From positions 26,851 through 90,850 of the forward strand of contig JACPZK010000032.1 of NCBI GenBank assembly GCA_016195565.1: a DNA stretch of 64,000 nt, read 5' to 3'. Origin of the DNA: Nitrospirota bacterium (GTDB lineage: Bacteria; Nitrospirota; Thermodesulfovibrionia; Thermodesulfovibrionales; UBA1546). Below are positions 18,195 to 29,927 of this stretch, in pieces (within the stretch, counting starts at the first letter, position 1; the number at the start of each line of letters is the position of its first letter). The position numbers and the translations under genes are program-made. Below the pieces are notes generated by a model. That model was given only the letters and a program-made list of their open reading frames with translations. It was not told the DNA's origin and did not search any database.

Positions 18195-18806
18195 ATGCTG
18201 TACGAATTTTTCAACTGGCTTGTTGTTGTTATCGGCGACATGGGATATGCAGGTATAATGTTTCTCATGTTTATCGAGAGCACTTTTATTCCTTTGCCTT
18301 CAGAGCTTGTAATTCCTCCGGCAGGTTATCTTATATCTCAGAAGCAGATGCATTGGGGAGGCGTCCTAGCATCAGGCACGGCAGGCAGTCTTCTCGGCGC
18401 GCTCTTTAATTATGCAATTGCTGTTTATCTGGGGAGGCCTTTTATACTCAAATACGGTAAATACTTCGGAGTCTCTGAGAGTCATTTAAAAAAGGGTGAG
18501 CAGTTTTTTCAGTCGCATGGAAGCATCAGCACTTTTATAGGCAGGCTCATACTTGGCATAAGGCATTACATTTCATTTCCCGCAGGCCTTGCGAGGATGA
18601 ACCTCAAAAAATTCTGTTTCTATACATCCGCCGGCGCTGCGGTATGGGTATGGATACTTGCGTACATAGGCTTTTTTGTAGGGAATAACAAAGAGAAGGT
18701 CTTTGCCGTGAGCAAGCAGTGGAGTGTGTACGTCATAGCAGGCTGTTCACTTCTTGTATTAGCCTATATTTTTTGGCATAAGAAGAAGACCCCAAACAAA
18801 AGGTGA
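18195..18806 (+). CDS. DedA family membrane protein
   Basis: GYAGIMFLMFIESTFIPLPSELVIPPAGYL plus GRLILGIRHYISFPAGL is the DedA signature. I prefer the ATG at 18195 to the TTG at 18174. Confidence 0.8.
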   Translation: MLYEFFNWLVVVIGDMGYAGIMFLMFIESTFIPLPSELVIPPAGYLISQKQMHWGGVLASGTAGSLLGALFNYAIAVYLGRPFILKYGKYFGVSESHLKKGEQFFQSHGSISTFIGRLILGIRHYISFPAGLARMNLKKFCFYTSAGAAVWVWILAYIGFFVGNNKEKVFAVSKQWSVYVIAGCSLLVLAYIFWHKKKTPNKR

Positions 18807-18826
18807 AGCGTTCTTCTAAGAACTGT

Positions 18827-19144
18827 TTATTCTTCTATGTTCTCGTCTGCTGATTTGTTTTTTAAAGCTGCAAGCCTTGCTTCCATGTGCCTTGGATTAA
18901 CAGCCACGATTGTGTCTTCCAGTCCTGTGTCAGGATAGACCATATAACGGTAAGAAGCGGCCTGTCCGTATTTTTCCCACAGATATTTTTTGCCTTTTAC
19001 ATAAAGGGAGCAGTCATCATTAAAACAGACATACAGAAAGTCTGTGCACCATCCGAGACCATCCGCAAAATGAAACGACGGGGTGTCATATTTATCCAAC
19101 TCCTTCCCGCAATGAGGGCAGTTTGGAGCTTTCTCTAACTTCAT
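18827..19144 (-). CDS. hypothetical zinc-ribbon-like protein
   Basis: 105 aa with CPHCGKE...CTDFLYVCFNDDC Cys pairs and a GGAGG RBS. Confidence 0.5.
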   Translation of the reverse strand: MKLEKAPNCPHCGKELDKYDTPSFHFADGLGWCTDFLYVCFNDDCSLYVKGKKYLWEKYGQAASYRYMVYPDTGLEDTIVAVNPRHMEARLAALKNKSADENIEE

Positions 19145-19263
19145 TTTTTGCCTCCTTGTTGAACAAGCTTATTCTGAAAATCCCAGCGTGCCCAACTTGT
19201 TAAGTATAACTTAAAGCATGGATTTTGTCTCTGGGTTACGATGGGGGATATTACATCAGGCAT

Positions 19264-20868
19264 TCAACTGATTGATTCGGAAAGAGCTTTCCGGTATTCA
19301 TCCCACAACCGCTCTTTTGATATGCCTGAATCAATAAAATCCCACGGCAGTTTTTCTGGGAAGTCTTTATTCCTCATGACATAAAAATCAGGATCTATTC
19401 CTGACCCAATACATGCCTTTTTCCAGTCATGCATTCTGAGCATCGCCTCCAGAGGTTTTGAAATACGCCTATCGCCCATCGAGAAAAAGCACTGCATGTA
19501 GGCATATCTTGGAACATCATGGAATACTTTTATTCCCCTTATCGGCAGCAGAGAACTTTTTATTGCCTTAAGCCTCTTTTTTACAATCTCAATCTTTTCC
19601 ATGCCGTGCCATTGAAACGGCGTAAACGGTTTTGGCACGAATGTGCTTAAAGTCAAGACTATGTTTCCTTTTTTTGATATGTCTCGTATCTTTTTTACAA
19701 GGCTTACAATGCCTTTAATGTCATCGTCATTCTCTGTGGGAAGGCCGACCATAAAATAAAGCCTGAGCTTTTCCATGCCCTCTGAAAAGATAAGCCTTGA
19801 TGTCTCAATGATGTCATCCTCTGTTATCTTCTTGTTAATGACCCTTCTCAGCCTCTCTGTCCCTGCTTCAGGAGCGATTGAGACACTTTTGTGTTTTTTC
19901 AACAGACCAACAAGTTCTGCGCTTTTTTTGCTTGCCCTCAATGATGTGATGGAAAAATCCACACCTTCTGTTTTAAGAACCTCGCTGATATAGGGATAAT
20001 CTATGAGGGAAGGGCCGATAAGCCCGACCCTTTCTGTTATGTTCAGCGCATTATCAATCTCTTTTTTTCTTGCGGGCAGTTCCTTTTTTCTTGCAGGGCT
20101 GTAGATATGTCCTGCAACACAGAATCTGCATTTCCATGGACACCCGCGCATCGCCTCAATGAGATACATATCAGAAAATTCTGTTTCAGGTGTAACTATT
20201 GACTGCCTGAATCTGTGAGCAGATATATCTTCGATGAAACGTTTCTTTATTTTTTCAGGGGCTCCATCTATTTTCTCTCTACTGTGTATTCCGTTGTTAT
20301 ATCTGATGTTGTAAAATCCCGGCACATAGACGCCTTCTATTGCGGCTGCTTTTCCGTAAAGCTCCTGTCTTGTCTCTGATTTTTTGTATGTATCAATGAA
20401 TTCACTAAGCATCTCTTCTGCTTCTCCGACAAAGCACACATCAAAGAAATCAGCCAATGGTTCCGGGTTAAAAAAAGCGCATACTCCTCCGATTATAAGA
20501 AGCGGATGTGTATTATTCCTGTCAGAGGCCCTGAGAGGTATATTGGCAAGCTCAAGTATTTTTAAGATATTAGGATAATCGTTTTCAAATGAAACCGAAA
20601 AAGCCAGAATATCAAAATTATTCAGAGGCCTTTTTGATTCAAGAGCAAAGGGCTTTGTATCTGTCCTGACATACTCATCAATATCATCCTCATCAGGCAG
20701 AAATGCCCTTTCGCATAATGTGTCGTTCCTGTCGTTAAGAAGCGTGTATATCCCCTGAAATCCGAGATTTGACATTCCGACATGATAAGTATTCGGATAA
20801 ATAAGGCAGACATTAATCCTGCCGCCGGGCTCTTTAAATACAGCGCCTCTTTCCTTTGATAGAAGCAT
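19264..20868 (-). CDS. B12-binding-like radical SAM protein (TIGR03960-like architecture)
   Basis: VCLIYPNTYHVGMSNLGFQGIYTLLN N-terminal domain and MRGCPWKCRFCVAG cluster motif. I prefer the ATG at 20868, which avoids overlap with the upstream gene. Confidence 0.7.
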   Translation of the reverse strand: MLLSKERGAVFKEPGGRINVCLIYPNTYHVGMSNLGFQGIYTLLNDRNDTLCERAFLPDEDDIDEYVRTDTKPFALESKRPLNNFDILAFSVSFENDYPNILKILELANIPLRASDRNNTHPLLIIGGVCAFFNPEPLADFFDVCFVGEAEEMLSEFIDTYKKSETRQELYGKAAAIEGVYVPGFYNIRYNNGIHSREKIDGAPEKIKKRFIEDISAHRFRQSIVTPETEFSDMYLIEAMRGCPWKCRFCVAGHIYSPARKKELPARKKEIDNALNITERVGLIGPSLIDYPYISEVLKTEGVDFSITSLRASKKSAELVGLLKKHKSVSIAPEAGTERLRRVINKKITEDDIIETSRLIFSEGMEKLRLYFMVGLPTENDDDIKGIVSLVKKIRDISKKGNIVLTLSTFVPKPFTPFQWHGMEKIEIVKKRLKAIKSSLLPIRGIKVFHDVPRYAYMQCFFSMGDRRISKPLEAMLRMHDWKKACIGSGIDPDFYVMRNKDFPEKLPWDFIDSGISKERLWDEYRKALSESIS

Positions 20869-20894
20869 ATCTGTTTTTTCTGTAAGTTTGCGGT

Positions 20895-21491
20895 TCACAG
20901 CATCACCAGCACAGACATCATTGCGATTGACCATATAACATCAAGCGGCAGGCGCTGCTCGCATGTTGAATCAAAGAGCAGGTCTGCCCTAGGAGGGAAC
21001 TCATCATCAGAGAGCCAGAGGATTAAAGTTACAGGGATTCGGGGCAGGGGCAGGAGTTCAACAGATGCATCGCCGTAATTCATGATATTCCCATTGAGGT
21101 TTTTGCTTTTTTCAATAAAACCTGCCTTATCATTGCCGTACCTTTCAGCTATCTTATCCAGCGGAAGCACGTGGCTGCCCCTGAAAAAAATCTCTCCGCC
21201 TTTAAGTCCTGCAGGCTTGACAAGTTTTCCTGAGAGTGGAATGTCTTTTGCATTGATGAGGTAGCATAAAGCAGACAGATTGAAGAAATAGCTGTATTTC
21301 TTGAGAATTATTTTTCCTTCAGGCTGAATGTTTTTAATCTCTCTCTTGCCGGGATGAACTGAGAAATCCATCCCCAGCGACTTCAGTACGTAGCTGTTTT
21401 CTCCGTCGTAGAAAACCCGCGCTTTTCTGCATACATCAGAAGGATTGAGGTTATTTAAGTCTTCCCATGCCTTTTCTTCGCCTGTGCTCAT
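20895..21491 (-). CDS. DUF3786-like protein
   Basis: 198 aa. The N-terminus AWEDLNNLNPSDVCRKARVFYDGENSYVLKSLGMDFSV resembles DUF3786 family openings as I remember them. Confidence 0.45.
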   Translation of the reverse strand: MSTGEEKAWEDLNNLNPSDVCRKARVFYDGENSYVLKSLGMDFSVHPGKREIKNIQPEGKIILKKYSYFFNLSALCYLINAKDIPLSGKLVKPAGLKGGEIFFRGSHVLPLDKIAERYGNDKAGFIEKSKNLNGNIMNYGDASVELLPLPRIPVTLILWLSDDEFPPRADLLFDSTCEQRLPLDVIWSIAMMSVLVML

Positions 21492-21762
21492 TGCTATATT
21501 CTACAACAACAACCGGTATATATTTAAAATGCATAGAATACCATTTCAGGAGGCTGTTTTATATTTGATACCCAGCGGTCTCTGCCTCAGGGTTCTTCAT
21601 TTCTCATTTTGTGAAATATGTTAAAATTAGCCAGTCATGAATTTGGTGTATTCTGTAAACGGTATATGGCAACAAAATTGCCGGCATCACAATTTTGAAT
21701 GCAAGTTCAAGGTAAGATTTCAGCTTTAATTAGCTGTCAACTAATAGCTACTAACTAAAACA

Positions 21763-22311
21763 ATGGTTAAAAACGACAGATGGATAATAGAAATGGCTGA
21801 GAAGGGGATGATAACTCCCTTTGACAGGAATCAGGTGAGAAAAGGGGTTATTTCTTACGGCGTGAGTTCTTACGGCTATGACATGAGATTATTCGATGAG
21901 TTTAAGGTTTTTGATGCTAAGGAAAATGCTGTAATAGACCCCAAGAATTTTGCCGAGACGCATTTTGCTGATTTCAAGGGCGATGTCTGCACAATACCGC
22001 CGAATTCGTATGTCCTCGGGCGCTCTCTGGAATATTTCAAGATTCCGAGAGACATGCTCGTTATATGCCTTGGAAAATCAACATATGCGCGCTCAGGAAT
22101 TATTGTGAATGTAACACCTCTGGAGCCTGAGTGGGAAGGATACATAACCATTTCCATTTCAAACACAGCGCCTGTCCCCGCAAAGCTGTATTCAAATGAG
22201 GGGCTGGCCCAGCTTATATTCCTTGGAGCATCGGAGATGTGCGAGACTTCTTATGCTGATAAAGCAGGGAAGTATCAGGCGCAGAAGGAGATAACTCTTT
22301 CAAAAACGTGA
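21763..22311 (+). CDS. dcd: dCTP deaminase
   Basis: Near-colinear with short Dcd proteins: [79 protein letters not shown]. Confidence 0.9.
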   Translation: MVKNDRWIIEMAEKGMITPFDRNQVRKGVISYGVSSYGYDMRLFDEFKVFDAKENAVIDPKNFAETHFADFKGDVCTIPPNSYVLGRSLEYFKIPRDMLVICLGKSTYARSGIIVNVTPLEPEWEGYITISISNTAPVPAKLYSNEGLAQLIFLGASEMCETSYADKAGKYQAQKEITLSKT

Positions 22312-22321
22312 GGATGAGATA

Positions 22322-23041
22322 ATGCCCTGGAGAGAAAAATTAATAATAGCGCTTGATGTCCCTGATTCCGAATATGCTCTTGAACTTGTTGATAAATTTG
22401 GAGAGCAGGTAGAGATATACAAGGTCGGGCTGGAGCTTTTTACGTCAGCGGGGCCAAAGATAATAGAGAAATTACATAAAAGGAAGAAAAAGGTTTTCCT
22501 TGACCTTAAGCTGCATGATATTCCTGCCACAGTTATAAGGGCGGCGGTCGCTGCAACAAGGCTTGGCGTTTATATGTTCAATGTCCATGCATCAGGCGGG
22601 CTTGATATGATGAAGCAGTGCAGGGACTCTGTTGTTGAATTGTGCCTTAAAGAGAATATCGAGAAACCGAGAATACTCGGTGTTACCGTTCTTACAAGCA
22701 TGTCACAGGATGTCCTGAAGGCAGAGCTTGGTATTCAGCACAGCCTTAACACGCATGTCAGACATCTTTCTGCGCTTGCGCTCAAGGCAGGTCTGGATGG
22801 CGTTGTCGCGTCAGGGCATGAGGTTGCTAAAATTAAAAGTCACTGCGGAAACAAATTTCTTATTGTTACGCCGGGCATAAGGCCGTCATGGCATCCTCCT
22901 GATGACCAGCACAGGACCATGACGCCGAAGCAGGCGTTGAGAGAAGGCGCTGACTATATAGTCATGGGAAGGTCAATTTTAAATTACAGCGATCCTCTCA
23001 GGGCAGTAGAGTTAATATCGCTGGAGATGCTCACAGCTTAA
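22322..23041 (+). CDS. pyrF: orotidine 5'-phosphate decarboxylase
   Basis: LIIALDV, YKVGLELF, FLDLKLHDIPATV and VTPGIRP motifs. Confidence 0.9.
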   Translation: MPWREKLIIALDVPDSEYALELVDKFGEQVEIYKVGLELFTSAGPKIIEKLHKRKKKVFLDLKLHDIPATVIRAAVAATRLGVYMFNVHASGGLDMMKQCRDSVVELCLKENIEKPRILGVTVLTSMSQDVLKAELGIQHSLNTHVRHLSALALKAGLDGVVASGHEVAKIKSHCGNKFLIVTPGIRPSWHPPDDQHRTMTPKQALREGADYIVMGRSILNYSDPLRAVELISLEMLTA

Positions 23042-23064
23042 CAGAGTTGTCCAATGACCTTCTA

Positions 23065-23126
23065 CTGTCATTCCTGCTTGTCCGGAATCTTTTTTCTGAA
23101 GGACTCCCAACAGGCGGGAGTGACAG
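23065..23126. repeat. MITE-like palindrome (TGTCATTCC...GGAGTGACA variant)
   Basis: CTGTCATTCCTGC...GCGGGAGTGACAG terminal inverted repeat in the pyrF-trpE/pabB spacer. Confidence 0.55.
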
Positions 23127-23144
23127 AAACAAAAGGGTTTTGCA

Positions 23145-24683
23145 ATGACCACTTCTTCTAAAAAAAACTTCCTTAAATTTATAAAATACGGAGAAATACC
23201 TCCAGCTTATAAGGAGATTCCTTATTCTCCTCCGCATTTGGTTTATGAATCGCTGATGTCTCCAAACAGTTTTCTTCTTGAGAGCGTAAAGGGACCGGAG
23301 AATATTGCCCGCTATTCTTTCATAGGCTTTGACCCATACTTAACATTCAAGGTAAAGGATGGCGCTGTCGAGATAAACACTAAAGACAAAAGGGCTGTAT
23401 CTTCCGCTAATCCGCTTGCCAGACTTAAATCACTTGTTGATGCGTACAGGCAGACTCCCCTGGAATCTCTTCCTCCTTTTCAGGGCGGTGCTGTCGGATT
23501 GCTGAGTTATGACTTTGTACGGTATATTGAGAAGCTTCCAAAAACAACAAAAGACGATCTTAAAATTCCTGATGTGCATTTTCTTATGATTGATAAGCTG
23601 ATTGCATTTGATCATCCGGCTAAGAAAGCGTGGATTGTTGTATGCCCCGGCGCTCGGGATACGGAATTGGGTTATGGAGATGTGGATATTGACCCCGTTA
23701 GAAAGAAATCCCAACCAGAGCTTTCTAACGGGGTTGACTGGGCTGAAAAATATGATGAAGCGGAAGAAACGATAAAGAATATTAGATACAGGATACAGGA
23801 TACAGGATGCAGGGCAGAAGAAGAGAAGAATCATGCATCATGCAGCGCACATCATGCATCGTCAATCCGTCATGAAATGTCCAAAGAACAATATATGGAT
23901 ATTGTAAAAAGGGCAAAAGAGTATATCGCTGCCGGAGATATTTTTCAGGCAAACATTTCGCTCAGGGTATCAGCCGATATCGGGGATATTAAAACATGGA
24001 GTCTTTACAAGATACTCCGTTCAATCAATCCGTCTCCGTTTGCGGGTTATATTGATTTCGGAGATTATCAGCTTGTCAGTTCTTCTCCTGAGAGGTTGTT
24101 GAAGGTCAAAGGCGGTGTTATTGAGACAAGGCCGATAGCAGGCACGAGGCCGAGAGGCAGGGATATGAAAGAAGATGAACTCATGCGGACGGAGCTTCTT
24201 CTGAATGAGAAGGAGAGGGCGGAACACATAATGCTCATTGACCTTGAAAGGAATGATATCGGAAGGGTTTCTGATTACGGAAGTGTTCATGTGGATGAGC
24301 TTATGATAACAGAGGACTATTCCCACGTAATACATATTGTCTCCAATGTAAAGGGCAATCTCGCTTCAGGGAAAAATTGCTTTGATGCGATAAAAGCGGC
24401 ATTCCCCGGAGGGACGATAACAGGCGTTCCTAAAGTTCGATGCATGGAGATAATTGATGAGCTTGAACCTGTCTCAAGAGGCCCGTACACAGGCTCTTTT
24501 GGTTATATAGGGTTCTCAGGCAGTATGGACCTGAATATAGTCATCAGGACGTTTGTCATAAAGGATGGATTTGCGTATGTTCAGGCAGGCGCAGGCATTG
24601 TTGCAGACTCTGACCCTGAGAAGGAATATTATGAAAGCCTGAAAAAAGCAGAGGCATTGATACGGACACTGGAGAGGCTGTGA
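23145..24683 (+). CDS. anthranilate / aminodeoxychorismate synthase component I (TrpE/PabB family)
   Basis: The C-terminal chorismate-binding domain is intact: [53 protein letters not shown]. No glutamine amidotransferase gene is adjacent, so TrpE versus PabB is undecided. Confidence 0.85.
   Translation: MTTSSKKNFLKFIKYGEIPPAYKEIPYSPPHLVYESLMSPNSFLLESVKGPENIARYSFIGFDPYLTFKVKDGAVEINTKDKRAVSSANPLARLKSLVDAYRQTPLESLPPFQGGAVGLLSYDFVRYIEKLPKTTKDDLKIPDVHFLMIDKLIAFDHPAKKAWIVVCPGARDTELGYGDVDIDPVRKKSQPELSNGVDWAEKYDEAEETIKNIRYRIQDTGCRAEEEKNHASCSAHHASSIRHEMSKEQYMDIVKRAKEYIAAGDIFQANISLRVSADIGDIKTWSLYKILRSINPSPFAGYIDFGDYQLVSSSPERLLKVKGGVIETRPIAGTRPRGRDMKEDELMRTELLLNEKERAEHIMLIDLERNDIGRVSDYGSVHVDELMITEDYSHVIHIVSNVKGNLASGKNCFDAIKAAFPGGTITGVPKVRCMEIIDELEPVSRGPYTGSFGYIGFSGSMDLNIVIRTFVIKDGFAYVQAGAGIVADSDPEKEYYESLKKAEALIRTLERL
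23784..23867 (+). repeat. composite heptamer repeat block inside the TrpE/PabB CDS
   Basis: AGATACA GGATACA GGATACA GGATGCA GGG (23784-23815), then AATCATGCATCATGCAGCGCACATCATGCATCGTCAATC (23829-23867). Translated as [28 protein letters not shown]. Confidence 0.75.
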
Positions 24684-24685
24684 AT

Positions 24686-25732
24686 TTATTTTGTGAACCA
24701 GCCTTTTTTCTCTTTTTCTTTCATTTTTTCTATTGTCTCATTTATTTTTATTCCTCTGAGTATAGCCAGAATCTCTTTCTGCTCTTCACTTGATTTTTTA
24801 AGTTCATCAAGGAGTTCATTAATTGCTGATTTTATGCCGGCAAGTATATGGGTGTTTTCTCTGAGGCTTTCTGTTATCCCGTCAAGCTGTTCTGATGAAT
24901 ATGTCAGCGGCTCCTCGGTTTTTGGTTTTTCGTATTCTTCTCTATATTTTTCCGGGAATACCTGTTCCTGTTGAAGTTGGTAAAATTGTGCAGGTTCCTC
25001 TGCGGCAGCAGCTTCTGACGGTTTCTGAGAGGGTAAAGATAACGGCATTTCCTCTAATGGGACAGAAGACAGCGGCTGTTCCATTATTTCATCTGAAACT
25101 GTAGGGGATGGCTCTTCAGGAGGCGATGGAGGCAAGATTTCAAATTTGTGCCTTATGGAAAGGTCTTTAATAAGCAGTTTTGTAACAGTCTGAAAAGTTT
25201 CCTTTACGCCTTTACCGTTAATTGCCTCTGCCTCAAGATATATATAGCCGATGCCGTTCAGGCTTTTATTCAACTCGTCAACTGGAAGTATATTCGGCAG
25301 GTCTCTTTTGTTATACTGAAGGACAAGAACAATGCTATCAGGATCTATATTATTTGAAAGGAGATTTTCCTTCATATTGGCGAAACTTTCCATATTTGCC
25401 TCCCTTACTTCTCTCTGTGAGTCGGCAACAAACACAACGGCGTCAGCGCCTTTAAGCACTGCCTTTCTTGTCAGATTGTATTTGATCTGGCCGGGCACTG
25501 TGTACAACTGAAATCTGACAGAGAAATCTTTTATTTTGCCGAGTTCAACCGGAAGAAAATCAAAAAACAGAGTCCTGTCGGTTTCTGTTGCTAATGAAAT
25601 CAGCCTGCCTGTTTTTTCCGGGTCGAGCGCTGAATGAAGATGCTGAAGATTGGTTGTCTTTCCGCTTAAGCCGGGACCGTAATAAACTATTTTAAGCGTA
25701 ACTTCTTTTGCAGCGTAATTAAAGAGAGCCAT
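24686..25732 (-). CDS. MglA-family Ras-like GTPase with ~150-aa Pro/Glu-rich and coiled-coil C-terminal extension
   Basis: The first ~195 aa are colinear with MglA: KIVYYGPGLSGKTTNL, TETDRTLFFDFLP, LYTVPGQ, VFVADSQ, QYNKRDL. An extra tail PPSPPEEPSP...EKMKEKEKKGWFTK follows. Confidence 0.8.
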   Translation of the reverse strand: MALFNYAAKEVTLKIVYYGPGLSGKTTNLQHLHSALDPEKTGRLISLATETDRTLFFDFLPVELGKIKDFSVRFQLYTVPGQIKYNLTRKAVLKGADAVVFVADSQREVREANMESFANMKENLLSNNIDPDSIVLVLQYNKRDLPNILPVDELNKSLNGIGYIYLEAEAINGKGVKETFQTVTKLLIKDLSIRHKFEILPPSPPEEPSPTVSDEIMEQPLSSVPLEEMPLSLPSQKPSEAAAAEEPAQFYQLQQEQVFPEKYREEYEKPKTEEPLTYSSEQLDGITESLRENTHILAGIKSAINELLDELKKSSEEQKEILAILRGIKINETIEKMKEKEKKGWFTK

Positions 25733-25838
25733 CAGGTTTACCCCGTAATTGCATTAGCAAAAAAATTGCCTGTAAATTTTCCATCTCTTTCAAATCTATT
25801 CCATAATTACATTAAACATTAAGATTGCAATAGCAGGG

Positions 25839-27224
25839 CTATACTATAGCATAAACCCCGTTTCTGGTAGTATTTTTCACCCTGTACATTGCTTCATCTG
25901 CGAGGCGAATAAGGTCTTCTTTGGTCTTTGCGCTTTCAGGATACGAGGCAACGCCAAAGCTTGCAGTCATCTTAAGAGCATAACCTTCTTTTTTAAGGAA
26001 TGTGTTGTGCTCGACTGATTTTCTTATTCTTTCGGCAATCTGTACTGCTGCTTTAGGAGACGTCTGGGGAAGCACTACTACAAATTCATCTCCGCCATAT
26101 CGTGCAACTATATCAATGCTGCGCAGTCCTCTTATGATTAACTGCCCCAGTTCAACAAGGATTTTACTTCCTATAAGGTGTCCGTACTGGTCGTTTATGT
26201 TTTTAAAATAGTCAATATCTATGAATATCAATGATATGGATGTCTTATATCTGTTTGAACGCTGTATCTCTGTTTCAATGGTCCTGTTCAGGTATCTCGT
26301 ATTGAATAGTTTTGTGAGGTCGTCTGTTACTGCAAGCTCTGCCATTTTCTGGTATAGCGTTGTGCGCTCTATAGCAAGCGCTGCCTGATCAACAAGTCTC
26401 ATAAGCAGGTTTAGGTCTTCTTTTGTGAAGGGTTCTCCTGTTACTTTGTTTACAACCTCGAGCACTCCAATGACACGCCCCTGGCTTTTTATAGGCACGC
26501 ACATCAACGATCTTGTTTTGAAGCGCGTCTGTTGGTCCATTCTTGAACAGAATCTTTTGTCAAGCGAAACGTCGGGCACGATTACCGGAATTCCCTCCTG
26601 AGCAACCCAGCCTGCGATGCCCTCGCCCGGTTTCAGTCTGTATTTTTCCACCTTTTTAGTGTCTGCTCTTTCAAAGACAAGGTCCCCGGTTGTTTCGTCA
26701 ACGACAAGTACAGACCAGGCCTCTGCTCCTATAATTTCCTTTGTCTTTCTCATCACAGCAACCAGTATTTCGTTAAGCTCAAGAGAGGATGTAAGGGTTT
26801 TTCCGACATCTTCAAAAAATTCAATCTCCTTCCTGGCAGTATCAAGTTTCTGCCCGAGCGTCTTATTTTCATCTCTTGTGTTTTTTTCTTTCAGGATTAG
26901 TCTGATAAAATACAACAGCTCCTTTTCAGAGGGATTGTAGACAGGGCGGGTTAATGACTCCTTCAACCATACGGCAAAGCCGCGGAAAGAATAATCAGGC
27001 GATACTATAAGCTTTGGTATTTCGGCGGATGCCTTTAGGAATTTTTTAAATGATTTATTTTTGTATTGTTCTTTTTCAATTATCAGGACGTCTGCTTTTT
27101 CGCTAAGCCGTGAGAGGGCCGTTTCAATAGAGCTGAATTTTGAGACCTCAAATCTGTTGCGGGACAGGATATCCTCAAAAGTACTTTTGTTAAGGTCTGG
27201 ACCTATTAAAAATATATTAGGCAT
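25839..27224 (-). CDS. receiver-like + GAF + GGDEF diguanylate cyclase
   Basis: A degenerate N-terminal receiver-like domain, a central GAF ([10 protein letters not shown]...[10 protein letters not shown]), and C-terminal [11 protein letters not shown] with an upstream RxxD-type region. Confidence 0.85.
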   Translation of the reverse strand: MPNIFLIGPDLNKSTFEDILSRNRFEVSKFSSIETALSRLSEKADVLIIEKEQYKNKSFKKFLKASAEIPKLIVSPDYSFRGFAVWLKESLTRPVYNPSEKELLYFIRLILKEKNTRDENKTLGQKLDTARKEIEFFEDVGKTLTSSLELNEILVAVMRKTKEIIGAEAWSVLVVDETTGDLVFERADTKKVEKYRLKPGEGIAGWVAQEGIPVIVPDVSLDKRFCSRMDQQTRFKTRSLMCVPIKSQGRVIGVLEVVNKVTGEPFTKEDLNLLMRLVDQAALAIERTTLYQKMAELAVTDDLTKLFNTRYLNRTIETEIQRSNRYKTSISLIFIDIDYFKNINDQYGHLIGSKILVELGQLIIRGLRSIDIVARYGGDEFVVVLPQTSPKAAVQIAERIRKSVEHNTFLKKEGYALKMTASFGVASYPESAKTKEDLIRLADEAMYRVKNTTRNGVYAIV

Positions 27225-29838
27225 TTACACCACAGCATTTCTTATATTTTTTCCCGCTGCCGCATGTGCACGGGTCATTCCTTCCGGTTTTTTTTCCTTT
27301 TTGAACCGGCTGCTGCATTTCACCTGTCTCACTCTTATTGTAAATCAATTGCTGTCTTCTGTGAATCTCTTTTATGTCTTCCTCTTTTTTAACCTGAATT
27401 TTGAAAACCCTGTTAAGCACCTCGATAGATATCCTGTCTGTCATTTCAGCAAAGACGTCAAAAGCCTCTTTCTTATATTCGGTAAGCGGGTCTCTCTGCC
27501 CATAGCCTCTGAGCCCGATGCCTTCTTTCAGATGGTCCATCGCCAGGAGGTGGTCCTTCCATTGAGTATCAACCACCTGAAGCATGATAGTTTTTTCTAT
27601 GTATCTCATCATCTCGCTTCCAATTTCTGCTTCTTTCTTTTCATAAGCCTCTTTTATGGCAGACATGAGAGATGCCCTTATCTCTTCAAAGGATTTTGAG
27701 GCTGGAGAATATGTTAAAGAGAAGGCGCCGAATACAGCGTCATGCAGCCCTTTCAGTTCCCATTCTTCCGGGTGCTTTTCTCCCGGACAGTATATAGACA
27801 GAAGTTCATCAAGAGTATCTTCAGCCATAGAATATATTCTTTCCTTTAACCCTTCTTCCTGCAGGATCTCACGCCTGAATGAATATATCTCTGTCCTTTG
27901 CTTGTTCATGATATCATCATATTCAAGGAGATGTTTCCTTATGTCAAAGTTATGCGCTTCAACTCTCTTCTGTGCGTTTTCTATGGCCCTGGACACAAGT
28001 TTATTTTCTATCGGCATATCTTCCTCCATGCCGAGCCTGTTCATCAATCCTGAAATCCTGTCAGAGCCGAATATCCGCATCAGGTCGTCTTCCAATGATA
28101 AGTAGAATCGTGAAGAGCCAGGGTCTCCCTGCCTGCCGGAACGCCCTCTTAGCTGGTTATCTATCCTTCTTGCTTCATGTCTTTCTGTGCCGAGGATGTG
28201 CAGTCCTCCAAGGCTGACCACCTTTTCCCTGTCTTTTATGCAAATCTCGGCTGCTTTTGACAAGGCCTGTTTGTAGTCTTCATCAGCATCAGTATGACCT
28301 TTTTTATCCCTTAAAAATTCCTTTGCAAGCCCTTCGGGGTTGCCTCCCAGGACTATGTCGGTGCCTCTTCCTGCCATATTTGTTGCAATCGTGACAGCTC
28401 CGCTTCTTCCCGCCTGTTCTATTATCTCTGCCTCTTTTTCATGGTATTTCGCATTCAGGACAGAATGAGGTATGCCTTTCTTTTTGAGCATATGGCTAAG
28501 GACTTCTGATTTCTCTATTGATATCGTTCCGACCAGGACAGGCTGTCCTTTCTTATGCAGTTCCTCTATCTCTTTTAGCGCAGCGTTAAATTTGCCTTTC
28601 TCAGTTTTGTATATTGAATCCGGGGAATCTTCCCTTATCATAGTCTTGTTCGTAGGGATTACAACAACGTCAAGGTTGTATATTTTCCCAAATTCTTCGG
28701 CTTCCGTGTCAGCGGTTCCTGTCATGCCGGCGAGTTTGTTGTACATTCTGAAATAATTCTGAAATGTAATTGTGGCGAGCGTCTGGTTTTCGCTCTCTAT
28801 CTTTACTCCTTCTTTTGCTTCTATTGCCTGATGCAGTCCGTCGCTCCAGCGCCTTCCAGGCATTAATCTGCCTGTGAACTCGTCAACTATAAGTACCTCT
28901 CCGTCTTTGAGAATATAATCAACATCTTTTTTGAAAAGGGCATGGGCCTTGAGTCCCTGAAGCACATGGTGGACAAATTCTATATTTGAAGGGTCATAAA
29001 GATTGCCTGTGCCGAGGAGCTTTTCAATTTTTATGCTTCCTTCTTCCGTAAGTATTACGGTTTTTGCCTTTTCGTCAATCGTATAGTCAGTATCTCTCTG
29101 GAGTTTCGGGATAATCCTGTCTATCTTGTAATATTTGTCAGTTGATTCTTCAGACGGCCCGGAAATTATGAGAGGGGTCCTGGCCTCGTCAATAAGAATG
29201 CTGTCCACCTCGTCAACTATTGCATAGTTAAGTTCCCGCTGGACATACTGTGAAATATCGTATTTCATGTTGTCCCTGAGATAGTCAAAGCCGAACTCAT
29301 TGTTCGTACCAAAGGTTATGTCAGAGTTGTAGGCGGCTTGTCTCTGTTCGTCGGTAAGGCCGTGTACAATGACGCCCACGCTCATGCCGAGAAAATTGTA
29401 AATAGGCCCCATCCACCTGGCGTCCCTTCTTGCGAGGTAGTCGTTGACCGTAACGATATACACACCCCTGCCTTCAATGGCATTCAGATAAACAGGGAGG
29501 GTGGCAACAAGCGTCTTCCCTTCACCTGTTTTCATCTCTGCAATCTTGCCTTCATGAAGCGTTATGCCGCCGAGAAGCTGGACGTCGAAATGCCTCATCT
29601 TAAGAGTTCTTTTTGAGACTTCCCTTACAACAGCAAATGCCTCCGGCAGTATATCATCAAGCGTTTCGCCAAGTTCAAGCCGTTTTTTGAATTCAGGGGT
29701 TTTATCCTTTAGCCGGCTGTCGCTGAGGCTGCTTATTTTCGGTTCGAGAGAGTTTATATGCTCAACAAGCGGCAGGAGACGTTTAATCTCTCTCTCGTTT
29801 TTTGTGCCAAATAGTTTTTTAAGTAATCCGCCAACCAT
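27217..29838 (-). CDS. secA: preprotein translocase ATPase SecA
   Basis: 873 aa. Motifs [28 protein letters not shown] and [10 protein letters not shown], plus the C-terminal zinc finger [14 protein letters not shown]. Confidence 0.95.
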   Translation of the reverse strand: MVGGLLKKLFGTKNEREIKRLLPLVEHINSLEPKISSLSDSRLKDKTPEFKKRLELGETLDDILPEAFAVVREVSKRTLKMRHFDVQLLGGITLHEGKIAEMKTGEGKTLVATLPVYLNAIEGRGVYIVTVNDYLARRDARWMGPIYNFLGMSVGVIVHGLTDEQRQAAYNSDITFGTNNEFGFDYLRDNMKYDISQYVQRELNYAIVDEVDSILIDEARTPLIISGPSEESTDKYYKIDRIIPKLQRDTDYTIDEKAKTVILTEEGSIKIEKLLGTGNLYDPSNIEFVHHVLQGLKAHALFKKDVDYILKDGEVLIVDEFTGRLMPGRRWSDGLHQAIEAKEGVKIESENQTLATITFQNYFRMYNKLAGMTGTADTEAEEFGKIYNLDVVVIPTNKTMIREDSPDSIYKTEKGKFNAALKEIEELHKKGQPVLVGTISIEKSEVLSHMLKKKGIPHSVLNAKYHEKEAEIIEQAGRSGAVTIATNMAGRGTDIVLGGNPEGLAKEFLRDKKGHTDADEDYKQALSKAAEICIKDREKVVSLGGLHILGTERHEARRIDNQLRGRSGRQGDPGSSRFYLSLEDDLMRIFGSDRISGLMNRLGMEEDMPIENKLVSRAIENAQKRVEAHNFDIRKHLLEYDDIMNKQRTEIYSFRREILQEEGLKERIYSMAEDTLDELLSIYCPGEKHPEEWELKGLHDAVFGAFSLTYSPASKSFEEIRASLMSAIKEAYEKKEAEIGSEMMRYIEKTIMLQVVDTQWKDHLLAMDHLKEGIGLRGYGQRDPLTEYKKEAFDVFAEMTDRISIEVLNRVFKIQVKKEEDIKEIHRRQQLIYNKSETGEMQQPVQKGKKTGRNDPCTCGSGKKYKKCCGVNA

Positions 29839-29927
29839 AATTTATAGTTTATAATAAAATTAAATGCTGTCGAATTTCAAGGAAGCAGGCTACGATGAGC
29901 TTTTATCCATGAACTGAAGAATTGTTT

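Noticed and set aside
26002-29854. Plus-strand ORFs overlapping the GGDEF and secA genes
   Set aside because: They are antisense to well-supported long CDSs, with no motifs and no RBS.
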